DNA of 36,591 bases from Trichomonas gallinae (Eukaryota), in NCBI GenBank assembly GCA_008369845.1, contig MRSU01005060.1, forward strand, positions 1-36,591, given 5' to 3'. A program made the translations under genes and the position numbers. How positions within the stretch are numbered: the first letter of the stretch is position 1; every line of letters begins with the position of its first letter. A model generated the notes under the pieces. That model had not been told where the DNA came from. It made no database searches and was given only the letters and a program-made list of their open reading frames with translations. This document shows positions 10,605 to 21,158 of the stretch, one piece after another.

Positions 10605-13600
10605 ATGAAGTACTTACATACTTCAATCCAAAACAGCCAAAAGATCCTGCAATGTATTTCTCTTGAGGAGATGAACCAAGAAGGCATGGTGCTTGAAATC
10701 TTCAGGAATTATGCACAAGTGCTGCAAATCGAGAAAAAAAATCAGGAAGTCCAAATAACAAGGCAGCAATTGTACCCATTTGGCGTAGAAATCAGACATG
10801 TTGTTCGTATTGGCAGCCATTTGGCCGTTATTACTAACAATTGCGAGTTATTGATGACTGAATCCACTCCTCCTTTCAAGAGGGTCTCATATCATAAGCT
10901 TTATACAGGAAACACGCCAACGAAGAAGCCAATAGCTTACTGTGCAGCCTCAACAAACGGCGAATATATGGTTTGTTGCGGCTTCCATGACCAGGCTATT
11001 GTAGCCTCGTATGACTCTGAGGACAACCCGAGCTTGAAGACTATATCACTTCGCGACGATTTCATCATTCACAGCGCAATTCCAACAATAAATCCGGACA
11101 TTTTCGCCTTTTTGATCTCAACATTAAACACAAAACATAAATACATCATTAAGATCGACGTCAATGAAGCGAAATTAATCGAAAAAAACGATGTTCCTGA
11201 AGATTCTCGCGAATTAATCGCTGTTTTCAATGGAGAAGGCTATGCACAGCATTATTTGTTCACAGATACTAAATTTATTGCTGGTGTTTTCGGTGATAGA
11301 TTCGAATTCGACATTCCTGCTCCTGTGGCGTCATATTTCTCAAATATGATGGGAGAACTTGCTTTTCAGTTGACAAATGGACAGATATTCGTATGCAAGC
11401 CGCCAGATAACAGCTATCCACAATACACAATCACAGATCGTGGAAAGCTTCCATTAATTTCGATTTTCTGTCCTTTGCCAAACGACCTTCTTCTCTGCGT
11501 CGCTGAGCATGGTGATGCCTTTGTAATTCAGATTTCGCATACATCTGGTTTATCAAATAGCTTTAAATTCGATATCTTTCCAAAAACTCAGATTCCGCTC
11601 ATTCCTGTTATATCTCACGCCCAGTTTGTTGGAAGAAACATGGTCGTCTGCAGCGGTGTCGGCCAAAACACAAACATTTTTACAATTAGAAACACGATTC
11701 CAAATCAATATACTCCAATTACTTACGATCGCAACCAGTTTTCTAGGGCAAATTGCTCGATATTCACTCAAAGAACAACACGGCCTAATGAATTGCTGCA
11801 ATTATTCAGATTAGAAGGAGATATTACAATTGTTTCAACACCAAAGGCTTCTGTTGTCATTTCGCAGAATCGCCTCAATATAATGTCATCACGAACAATC
11901 AAAGCTGGTATTTTCAACAACGAAAACATTCAAATTCATCAAAAAGGAATCATTTGCTTCACATCCGGCAAAGAATGGATGAGCGAGAGCGAAATTTCTT
12001 GCGCAGAAATCGGTACTGATTCAATTGTCATTGGAGAACCAGGTGGTCGCGTTGCATTATTTGATCAAGATCTCAAAGTCAAAGCAATAACAAATATTCC
12101 TGGTGCAAGGTGCTTCTGTTTCTGCAGTGATATTCTCGCTGTTGCATCAGATGCTGAAAATAAGACAGCTACGATTACTTTATATTCGAAAGATCTCACA
12201 CCAAGCGACAACGTCTTGCAGCCCAACTCGACGGTCAACTCCATGGTATACATTGAAGACCAGCAAGCTCTATTTGCCTCAGCGATGAGTGGAACAGTCT
12301 ACAAATACATGTTCGATAATAACAACGGCATGATGAACCTTCTCACACAGCAAATTCTCACAGCGAACACAGCGCCGACACTCATCAAGTTCCACGAGTC
12401 AGTTTTGATCGTCGCGGACAGAGTTTTCTATTTCACGGGCGACGAACTTCTCGCGATGAGAATCGACGTCGAAGACATTGTCGCCGTCGCAGAAAATCCA
12501 GGCAATCCAAGTACTTTCTACGCGTTGACAAAACAAGAGCGTCTCATAGCTGTCGAAGTGAAGAACCCAGAGCAAGACGTGCAGAGAGATCCATTCCCTG
12601 TCGACTGCCAGCCGCGCAGAGTCATCGTCGACGGAAACAGAGCGTACGTGTTGTGCAGGTCAGGAAAAGGCACTGACTTCAACTCATCCATCGTCGTTGT
12701 CGATAATGATGCATCATACGAAACACTGCCGACAAAGAGATTCGAGAGAGGCATCGAGATTACTTCCATCGCTGCTCTTCCTAATAATAACATCGTTGTC
12801 TGCTGGAACAACCCGCTCGAGAACACGTGGAGCCTGACAAAATACGACTGCACGAACCCGACAAACTTCCAGGAGGTAGTCACTAAAAAGAATCCAGGGT
12901 TATGCTCGCCGTGCGCAATAACATATCTGCCGTCGATGAACCTGCTTTTGTACAGCAAAAACTCGGATCACCCGACATTATACGGAATGAATGCCGACAG
13001 GCCTGTAGATACCGGAATATTCAAACTTTCGTTCACGGCAATTTCATTACTGACGGTTACAAACAACACTGTTTGGTGCGCGTCTGCTTCTGACAGAGTT
13101 TTCGCGCTCAAGATCACAATGAGGGATGGAAAAGTCTACTACAACATTTCAGCGGAAGCAATGCCGAGACAGGCGACAGCTATAGTAGGTTTGGACGACA
13201 ACTCCGTTGCAGTCGGAGACAAATTCGGCGGAATCACAATCCTAAGGTTAAGCGACGACTTCGCTGTTGACACTCCTTGGAAGTACGCGAACAACAACTT
13301 CGGATCGATAGCTCTTCTTGAGACAAGTACTAGTTCCGGAGAATATAAAAAGGCTTCATTGCCGATAGGCAGAATCGACAGAGTTGCCTCATTCATGGTC
13401 GGCGAAATGGTCACATCTATCATGGTCCTCCCTAAGTCGAACACAGTATACTACACAACACTGCTCGGCCAGATTGGCGTGCTCATTCCGATATCCAATG
13501 AAGAAGAGTTCAACAATTTGGCTTCAGTCGAAACGCAGACAGAAAAAGCTTGCTCAAACACATTCGGTTTAATGTATCCTAAGGCGATCGACAGCGGAAG

Positions 13601-13745
13601 GATGGGCATCCTCAACTGCGACATGATCGAGATGCTCAGCGAACTGGATGACTACGACCAGGAAAGAATTGCAAACGGTCTCAACATCAAGAAGGAATGG
13701 GTTATTGGCCTTATTTGTAGATTGAAGGCTACTGCCAAATTCTAA
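10605..13745 (+). CDS. SF3B3: Splicing factor 3B subunit 3 (SAP130/Rse1; DDB1/CPSF160 triple beta-propeller family), divergent
   Basis: N-terminal MKYLHTSIQ and PFGVEIR; C-terminal AVGDKFGGITILRL, FMVGEMVTSI and YYTTLLGQIGVLIP resemble SF3B3 (ADKFGNI..RL, YTTLSGGIGILVP) rather than DDB1 or CPSF1. Confidence 0.8.
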   Translation: MKYLHTSIQNSQKILQCISLEEMNQEGMVLEIFRNYAQVLQIEKKNQEVQITRQQLYPFGVEIRHVVRIGSHLAVITNNCELLMTESTPPFKRVSYHKLYTGNTPTKKPIAYCAASTNGEYMVCCGFHDQAIVASYDSEDNPSLKTISLRDDFIIHSAIPTINPDIFAFLISTLNTKHKYIIKIDVNEAKLIEKNDVPEDSRELIAVFNGEGYAQHYLFTDTKFIAGVFGDRFEFDIPAPVASYFSNMMGELAFQLTNGQIFVCKPPDNSYPQYTITDRGKLPLISIFCPLPNDLLLCVAEHGDAFVIQISHTSGLSNSFKFDIFPKTQIPLIPVISHAQFVGRNMVVCSGVGQNTNIFTIRNTIPNQYTPITYDRNQFSRANCSIFTQRTTRPNELLQLFRLEGDITIVSTPKASVVISQNRLNIMSSRTIKAGIFNNENIQIHQKGIICFTSGKEWMSESEISCAEIGTDSIVIGEPGGRVALFDQDLKVKAITNIPGARCFCFCSDILAVASDAENKTATITLYSKDLTPSDNVLQPNSTVNSMVYIEDQQALFASAMSGTVYKYMFDNNNGMMNLLTQQILTANTAPTLIKFHESVLIVADRVFYFTGDELLAMRIDVEDIVAVAENPGNPSTFYALTKQERLIAVEVKNPEQDVQRDPFPVDCQPRRVIVDGNRAYVLCRSGKGTDFNSSIVVVDNDASYETLPTKRFERGIEITSIAALPNNNIVVCWNNPLENTWSLTKYDCTNPTNFQEVVTKKNPGLCSPCAITYLPSMNLLLYSKNSDHPTLYGMNADRPVDTGIFKLSFTAISLLTVTNNTVWCASASDRVFALKITMRDGKVYYNISAEAMPRQATAIVGLDDNSVAVGDKFGGITILRLSDDFAVDTPWKYANNNFGSIALLETSTSSGEYKKASLPIGRIDRVASFMVGEMVTSIMVLPKSNTVYYTTLLGQIGVLIPISNEEEFNNLASVETQTEKACSNTFGLMYPKAIDSGRMGILNCDMIEMLSELDDYDQERIANGLNIKKEWVIGLICRLKATAKF

Positions 13746-14126
13746 TTTTATTTTTATATTATAATAATGTCATAAAATTTAATATTTATATTAATTTTCA
13801 AATTAAAGGATTTTATCATGCAACCAAAAAATATGAATTTCATATAAAAATTATGAAATTTTCCAAAAGCATTTCATATTAAATTGGAAAAATGAAATTG
13901 ATTTTAATTTAATTTCATAATTCAGTGAGCATTATTGGGGAAACGGTTGAATGGCATGAAATATTACTAATTTATTACATTTCTTTGGATATTTGTTAAT
14001 ATTAATTGTTATTTTTCAATAAAAACAATTTATTTGTGATTTCATTAAAAATCAGTAAAAAACAAATAATTTAACAACAACACAACATACAAATTTATAT
14101 AAAATCATTAAAAAATCAAATATAAA

Positions 14127-14732
14127 TTAAAAATCGTCTATAGGCTGACCTCTATGCAAATTCCTTGTCTTTTTCTTTTTCTGCAAGAACACGAATATTA
14201 ATATGATGAAAAGAGCTGATGTTGAAGCTGTTAAAGCGAAAACGCCAGATCCTCGAATATAACTTGTGTAATGTTGGTATAGGATCTTTCCACAGCTTTT
14301 AGACTTGCTTTCTGTGCATCTGTCGTTTGGATTTTCCGCATGTTTATTGAGCCCGCAGCATCTGAATTTATTTTCAACAAAACGTAATTTTGGAGAGTTT
14401 AGAATGCTATTCCACTGCGAGCCCATGCCATAGAAGAATGCTTTCGGATCTAAAATCCAGTTAATCGCGTAAAATCCGTTGAGAAATGTTAAAACAATGC
14501 AAATTAGAATGTAGATATTCGAAAACTGTTTGATTTCTGTGTAATAATATAATTTGTGTAGCATTACAACTATTGAAAATGCAATAAGATCAAATAATGG
14601 TATGAATTCCGGAATTCGAGATAAGAAATATATCCCAGAATCCAATAACCAACTCTTTGTCATTACAATGCATAGTACATCAGCCACCATGTTAAACATG
14701 GCGATTAATGTAACTAAAATATTTAAATCCAT
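14127..14732 (-). CDS. Tetraspanin family protein
   Basis: Four hydrophobic segments; the large loop has VENKFRCCG plus two further Cys; basic cytosolic tail KKKKTR. Confidence 0.8.
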   Translation of the reverse strand: MDLNILVTLIAMFNMVADVLCIVMTKSWLLDSGIYFLSRIPEFIPLFDLIAFSIVVMLHKLYYYTEIKQFSNIYILICIVLTFLNGFYAINWILDPKAFFYGMGSQWNSILNSPKLRFVENKFRCCGLNKHAENPNDRCTESKSKSCGKILYQHYTSYIRGSGVFALTASTSALFIILIFVFLQKKKKTRNLHRGQPIDDF

Positions 14733-14755
14733 GAATATGAAAAATTGTCACTTTT
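14733..14755 (-). promoter_or_regulatory. Core promoter: AAAGTGAC (M2-like) motif plus Inr, upstream of the tetraspanin
   Basis: Minus strand reads AAAAGTGACAATTTTTCATATTC-ATG. A near-identical string occurs at 36562-36580. Confidence 0.6.
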
Positions 14756-15676
14756 AATATGAAATGTTTGTAAATTAGTTTACATGTCAAAAATATAATC
14801 TCATGAATTTTTCAAGATTTGACAACAGGATATATTCATGTATTTGAAATGAAATCGTCAAATTCATTCTCATATTCCTTGGACAATTTTTTGAATGCAT
14901 GGTAATCGAGATAATGTCACGCTTCCGATTCTTGCACAGAAATCAAGATAACAAAGATCTCTCCGACTTTGATGTTCCATGCGAAAATCCAGAAAAATGC
15001 TTTTTTCGAATGTTTCAGATTCAAAAAAAAAAAAAAAAATAAAAAGTCTGGCAGCCGCGAATCTACTTCTGTGTTCAGCTAATATCCAGCAAATACAGTA
15101 AATTAAAAGATGACTGTTGTTGGATATTAATCTAAATCGTTTTCGCTCTAATTAATGCTTGCAACAGCTTTTACTGAATCAGGTGTCAACTGATTGAAAT
15201 AATTAATTCATCTGTAAGCATCGAGTGTGAAAATTACTATGTTATATCGAAGATCTTGGTATAAGCATCATTTCTGGTAGAATGCGGAATATCTACTACA
15301 TGTTTGTAGATGCTATGCCATTCATCATCCTCTAGATGTTATTTTAGAATAAATCAACATCAAGAAGAAAAATTTTTATTAGAATGACGTTATACTAGTT
15401 TCCCTATTTGACAAGAAGTGTTTTAACTCCTTTTTTTCGTTTTTAGCGACCAAAATTGAAGCATCTGCTATTCTGGAATGCCCTCCTTTTGACTTGCGCA
15501 GTTGATACACTTCTATTTGACCTATGTACACATGTGCTTGTTAAAAATCAAATCTTTTGTTGAAATACGAATTAAGTTGCCAATATCAAATATGGTAGAA
15601 GTATTAAGTCTCAAGCTTCGTTAGGTTGTTTACTGCAAGTACATATCAATTTTTTCTATTCACTTATTTTTTTCAA

Positions 15677-16693
15677 ATCTCTGATTATTTCAGAAGTCTC
15701 AGACACGGCGACTCAGCTCCGCTAAGTGTCTGGGACTTCTACTACAACACAGAATATCTCGGCAATGACTACAAATTCGTCACAAATGCAACAGTTTCTG
15801 CAAACAAATCTGAAGCTTTCGTTTATTCATGCATATTTCACGATATGACATCAGGAAGCATTAGTTTTCGTGAAAATGGAATCAAATTCCTCCATTCTTT
15901 GTGCTTTTATGATAAATGCCGGAATTCCAATTCTGGAGGTGCTATTTACTTTTATTGCGAAGGTTCCATTGTCCAGCACCGCTTCTGCACAAGAAATACA
16001 TACGTTACACAGAATTTTGGCTTCCATTCTTACACAGATTTAAAATCTCACAGTAATTCACATAATATTGTTGTTGAAAGTTCAATTTCTAACTGTATAC
16101 AACAATATAATCAAAGAACTATTGTTTTAAGTTACGGCAGCATTGGAATATTTTCGTCGAATATTTCTCAAAATAGAGCATCATCCTTTTCAGGTGCTAT
16201 TTTGCATTTTGCAAAAGGTATTGGAGTAGTAAACTTTTCCACGTTCGAAGGAAATAAAGCAGTACAAGGATACATATGTTTAGGCCATTACATCTCAACG
16301 TATAAAGACTACATGTGCAACTTTGTTGGAAATGAGCAGTCAGTAACTAGCTATGGAAGTATCAACATAAATGGAGAGCTCACCGTCGAAAATTGCACAG
16401 TTCTTGGACCATATGGATACGGAACAGCATTTAGTGCTTCTGGTGGTAAGTTGTTTATCATAAACTGCCATGTTGACAAATTCTCTACATATTCAGGATC
16501 TTACTCAACAACAGGAATCAAGAATATAACTATTCTTAATTCTCTTCCCCATTTGTCTACATATGAGTGCGATGCTGCGAATTCATTTGGGGAAGATAAG
16601 TTTTTTCACTTTAGACAAAAAATTATATCATTCAACCTTTACCGACCAAATCTATTTACGATATATGAATGCATCATCATTGCATCAGACTAA
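15677..16693 (+). pseudogene. GGAI/beta-helix trichomonad family ORF with a probably mutated start codon (ATC); otherwise a shorter CDS from ATG 15845
   Basis: SVWDFYY, FYDKC..GGAIYF, FEGN, FVGN and LPHLSTYEC motifs. The track start is TTG. Inr TCACTT at 15660 is followed by in-frame AA-ATC at 15677; the first real ATG is at 15845. Confidence 0.6.
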
Positions 16694-16830
16694 GTTACAT
16701 AAGACAGCATCATATTAAATAAAAAATATAAACTGCTATAAATAGAGCGTCAAATGAATCGTTAGAATCAATCTGATTCCAAAAATAAACAGTTCGAACA
16801 TTATTAAATCAAATATGCGGAGTTTCACAA

Positions 16831-17097
16831 GCTTTGTATTATGCTTCAAATAATGGTTATCATGTTATTATCAAACTCTCTTACAGTTCCTGAATTATAC
16901 CTCAAAACAAAAGGCAGTAAAAACAGAACAGCCTTGATGTGTGCTTCAAATAATTGTCATCATAAAATTGTTCAGCATCGCAATTAATGGAATAAATGTA
17001 AATGCAAAAGAAAGTAATTATAGAACAGCTTTGATGTGTGCTTCAATAATTGATCATCATGAAGTTATCGAACTCCTTCTCAATGTTCCTGGAATGT
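16831..17097 (+). pseudogene. Frameshifted ankyrin-repeat gene remnant (~3 repeats)
   Basis: ALYYASNNGYHVIIKL / LTVPELYLKTKGSKNRTALMCASNNCHHKIVQ / INGINVNAKESNYRTALMCASIIDHHEVIELLLNVPG, read across two frameshifts. Confidence 0.85.
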
Positions 17098-17252
17098 GGA
17101 ATAGCTCATAACAGAAACCATTAATCAATTATTTATTTTGAGGAAACTATTATTGTTTTTCTAGCAGACGAATTTTGTATGTTGGAAGCATAATTATGGG
17201 ATAAAACAATATAATAATATTTACTCTATAAAAATATATATATAAAGAAAAC

Positions 17253-19025
17253 TCAGTTGAGTGTCCATGTGTTCAAGTCTAATTTCTTACAAATCTTTGC
17301 TTCTTCAGCATCTCTTGCATAACCAGCCATAAATGTTACTGATTTGCTGATTGATTGGCGCAGTTCGGGCCTGCGTGTTCCTAGCGAATAAAGGAACGAA
17401 AGGATGAAAGCTATCTTAGATTTGCGGCCCGTTCCAATTGCCTGTGCTATTGACTCAGCAATCTCATCTGGAACGAAATATGAGCCGTCTTTTTCTTTCC
17501 TTGACAAGAATTCTACCAAATCTTTGAAGAACTCTTTCTGCAACTGTTGACATGATGCGATCAATAAAACAATATATCCCTGTCTTTCTCTTTCTTTCTC
17601 CGAAACAACAAACTGCCTCAGCTGTTCTTCGTTCATCTCTTCTTCCTCTTGATTCTCATCTTGTGGCTTTTCTTCTGTTTTTTCTTCTTGCTGCTGTTGC
17701 TTTTCGACTATAACTGTTCTCACGAGTTTTTTCTCGATGAGTTTGAATAAATCTTGCTGGAAGTCTTCTGGCTTTTCCAGTTCGATCAGCTTCATCAGGA
17801 CCTTTTTTGATGGATGCTCTTCCTCGATGTAGTAGTTTATCAGCTTCTTGAAAGCAATCGGCTGCATTTCTTTGGATATCTCCACCGAGCACAATTCGAG
17901 CGGATCTGCGTCGTCCAAGCAACCTGGAGAAGGAGTTCCTCCTACAATGGCTAAGAGCGTTCCAGATCCTTTCATTTCAGCTAGGTAGCCACGGACATCT
18001 TCGACGCTGGAAGGATCTATAGCCAAAAACTTTGCAACTTGCATGTTTTTCTTGATATTCACGTTATCGAAAGGCCAGCCGCATTTGCGGACGAATTCAA
18101 CGAACGGTTGGATATTTTCTATTGGGTTGAGCATGTTCAGCTCTGTTAAGAAGCCGCAGAGCTCGATTAAAGCGTTGTGGCCGTCATCAAATTGAATCTT
18201 TGGAAGAATGATGACCAATTCGCTGAGAAGATCTTCTATCATGTATAAAATGTCTTGTGTTAAGATGCATGTGCTCGAAAAACGCTTAGAAAATGTAGAA
18301 TTATCTTTTGGAAATAGAACTGGAAAATTGAGAGTTGAATGCGGTTCTGATGGTAAATATTTGCGCTTAGATGCGAAAATGTGGATGATTTTTGTCATTG
18401 GCTTGATTATAATCGAAAAAACTTTTGGATTTGGCGAAGATTTGATTAACAAAGGGAAAATTTGGAATATTGGGAATATGGGCTGTAAATTATGAAGTGT
18501 TGAGACTCTATCAAGCAAATTTGCCGCTAAATTTTTGCTGATTTCACTATTTGCAACTGCAAAAACCGAAATATATCTGCAAATAGTAGGAACAACTGGT
18601 AGCATTATATCGTTGAATCTATTGAAGATCAATTGAATGAGATTTTGAGTAATTTTGCGAACTTCTTCAGATGATGAGTTATATTTTCTCATAAGCGATG
18701 TAATTATAGTGCCAGAGTTCTGAACAAACAAACCTGGAGATTTCGTGATGATATTTTGAATTCCCAAAAATCCCTGAACAATTTTCTTCTCTGTGTCATG
18801 ATTTGTCATGTTAATTAAGTTGTTTAGCTGTTCTATTGTCGGTCCGTCGCTGACAACTTGTGTGTTTTCGAATCTGGCATCTTTTAATAATTTGATTTTC
18901 GCTGTTTTAAGGTCAATTTTCGTATGACTGAGATGCTGGTGCTTGCCCCTGCCAAGGGTACTCTTCCTATGCTTAAAATCTCCCTCTTTCTTCTTAGAAC
19001 TCTTGTTTAGGTTGACTTTCGGCAT
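17253..19025 (-). CDS. Pre-rRNA processing protein Ipi1/TEX10-like (Rix1 complex, ARM/HEAT)
   Basis: N-terminal KKKEGDFKHRKSTLGRGK...HTKIDLKTAKIKL and LNNLINMTNHDTEK resemble the Ipi1_N signature (DFxKxKLKVGK; LLxxxxH). Start taken at ATG 19025 (MPKVNL). Confidence 0.7.
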   Translation of the reverse strand: MPKVNLNKSSKKKEGDFKHRKSTLGRGKHQHLSHTKIDLKTAKIKLLKDARFENTQVVSDGPTIEQLNNLINMTNHDTEKKIVQGFLGIQNIITKSPGLFVQNSGTIITSLMRKYNSSSEEVRKITQNLIQLIFNRFNDIMLPVVPTICRYISVFAVANSEISKNLAANLLDRVSTLHNLQPIFPIFQIFPLLIKSSPNPKVFSIIIKPMTKIIHIFASKRKYLPSEPHSTLNFPVLFPKDNSTFSKRFSSTCILTQDILYMIEDLLSELVIILPKIQFDDGHNALIELCGFLTELNMLNPIENIQPFVEFVRKCGWPFDNVNIKKNMQVAKFLAIDPSSVEDVRGYLAEMKGSGTLLAIVGGTPSPGCLDDADPLELCSVEISKEMQPIAFKKLINYYIEEEHPSKKVLMKLIELEKPEDFQQDLFKLIEKKLVRTVIVEKQQQQEEKTEEKPQDENQEEEEMNEEQLRQFVVSEKERERQGYIVLLIASCQQLQKEFFKDLVEFLSRKEKDGSYFVPDEIAESIAQAIGTGRKSKIAFILSFLYSLGTRRPELRQSISKSVTFMAGYARDAEEAKICKKLDLNTWTLN

Positions 19026-19918
19026 TTTTTTGGAGAAGACAAAGAAAAGAAAAAACTCGATTTTAGCCAAAATTTATCATTATTTATATATTACTCACAT
19101 CCATGGACCTATATATGAAATACTGATTCATTTTTATTTGATTTTTGCAAATGATATGAGTTTGCTTATATATGACTATATAACACTCATATTATTTAAT
19201 TTCAGGCATAATGAAGCAACTATACCGGTCTTTCTTGCTGATCACAACATATCAAAATTAAACTTCGTGAATATGCTGATTCATTATGTTTTGCTTTTTA
19301 AAATTCACAGAAAACTATAGTTTTCTTCAAAGCTTCAATATATCGTTCACTATCATCCACAAAAATATCATCAATGGACAAAATAACATTATTGTTAATC
19401 TGTAGTTTATTATCTTGGCAAACAAGTATTGTTACATGTAACAAATATACATTTGGTAGAAATGTGAGTGGTCTCTAATGGATACTTATCCTATATATTG
19501 TTTTGTTTATTTACTAAAAAAAAATTTCTTGCTTTGACTTGGTGGAATTTGATGTTGAATTTCCACCATTAATAGATTTTTTCCCTACATAAGCGTGTCA
19601 ATAGATGCCTCATATCTATGTTGTTCGCATACCAATAGTGTGCAAATCCTAAGTCTATTCTATTTGCATAAAAATCATGTTCTTTATAAAGGTTCTGACA
19701 TTTGTCAAATATTCGCCAGGTTAATAATTGAGGTCTAATTGTATATGTGATTCGAACTGAACCAACCTAGTAGGTAAATATGATAGAGTACTATACACTC
19801 TAATAGCATGAGAGAAGCTGAATCTTGTTATACGCAACAAGTTGATATTATGAAATATTTTCTTGGTAAATTTTTTAAAAAAATTGGTGAAAAAAATTAT
19901 GGAAGTTCACTTTTTTTG

Positions 19919-20620
19919 ATGGATGAAGACCAAGTGAATGACGAAGCATCTAAATCAGACTCAGAAAAGTCAATAGAAAGATCAGAAGCTACTTCAGATC
20001 ACGAAAATGATACAGAAAATCAAACTGAGAAACAAAAGAATTCTAAATCTTCGAGCAATTCTTCACCAAAAAGGGTAAGGAAACAGGTTTATAAAGAATA
20101 TTCGGAAGAAGACTCCTATAGTGAAGAGGAAGAAGATAAAGAATATACAGTCGAATATATTATTAAACATCGTAAAACTAAAACAGGATTCGAATACTTT
20201 ATAAAGTGGGAAGGATATGATATGGATGAGTGCACGTGGGAACCCGCTTCAAATTTCAATGACGAAACAATTTTGAAAGAATATTGGAAAAAATACAATG
20301 AAAAACAAAAAGAAGAGCAGACCAAATTAGTAAAACAACAAGAAAATACGAAAATAAAAGAACACAAACCGGAAAAAGAACAAAAATCACATCAAACACC
20401 TATACAATCAAAGTTATCAGATGATAACAAGAAAGTACACCTAGAGGAAATCAAAGGTATTATCAAGAAAGAGGGACAAATATACTTTTTATGTACTGTA
20501 GGAGGAAAAGATGAAATAATTTCAAATCATATAATGAGAAAGAAGTATTCAACCCAATTAATAGATTTTTATGAGTCAAATATTAAATTGACGGAAGTTG
20601 TTAAAATAGAATCAAAATAA
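19919..20620 (+). CDS. HP1-like protein: acidic N-terminus, chromodomain, hinge and chromoshadow-like domain
   Basis: EEYTVE-type chromodomain (KEYTVEYIIKHR...EYFIKWEGYDMDECTWEP) with the aromatic cage intact; C-terminal LEEIKG...IYFL...YSTQLIDFYESNI. Inr TCACT at 19907 supports ATG 19919. Confidence 0.85.
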   Translation: MDEDQVNDEASKSDSEKSIERSEATSDHENDTENQTEKQKNSKSSSNSSPKRVRKQVYKEYSEEDSYSEEEEDKEYTVEYIIKHRKTKTGFEYFIKWEGYDMDECTWEPASNFNDETILKEYWKKYNEKQKEEQTKLVKQQENTKIKEHKPEKEQKSHQTPIQSKLSDDNKKVHLEEIKGIIKKEGQIYFLCTVGGKDEIISNHIMRKKYSTQLIDFYESNIKLTEVVKIESK

Positions 20621-20673
20621 AAAAATTGTTTATTTCTTAGTAATCGAAATTTCACATCGTCTACGTCCGCGTA

Positions 20674-21043
20674 ATTTGTTTCTTTAAGATTAATCGCATT
20701 ATTAAAAAATATTTTCATAAAAATATTAAAATCAAAAGTCATTGAAATAAATATTATCTACATTCATATGATTTATATCTTTAAGATCAATCGTTTAGCT
20801 AAAAAAAAATAAAATAATATTTAATAAAAAAATCATTAAAACTCAGTTTATCCACACTCATATGATTTACTTCTCTGAGATTAATCGCATCATTAAACAA
20901 AAAATATCAAAACAGTCAAAAAAATATTTAATAACAAAAATCATTAAAATTTGCATTATCTGCATTCATATGATCTATTTCTTTATGATCAATTGCAATA
21001 ATGAAAAAAAATTTCATAAAATAATTCATAACAAAAATCATGA
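20674..21043. repeat. Degenerate ~100-bp tandem repeat, ~3.7 copies
   Basis: Units start at 20674, 20771, 20865 and 20973 (97, 94 and 108 bp), sharing TCTTTAAGATYAATCG ... AAAATCATTAAAA ... TTATCYRCAYTCATATG. Confidence 0.85.
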
Positions 21044-21158
21044 GTAAATTTTAGGACAAATATTCATTATTGGTCTTATACTATTGAACGATATCTTCTA
21101 TTTCATTGTAATATCCCCTTTTTATTTTGTTTAGGCCCTTTATTTTTTAATATTTCTC

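Noticed and set aside
14899..15600. Short 47-aa ORF ending in an A17 run, and other coding-like fragments
   Set aside because: No recognisable family. No target-site duplication supports a retroposed copy.
19540..19568. TGGTGGAA...TTCCACCA hairpin
   Set aside because: An isolated 8-bp stem is expected by chance, and there is no supporting context.
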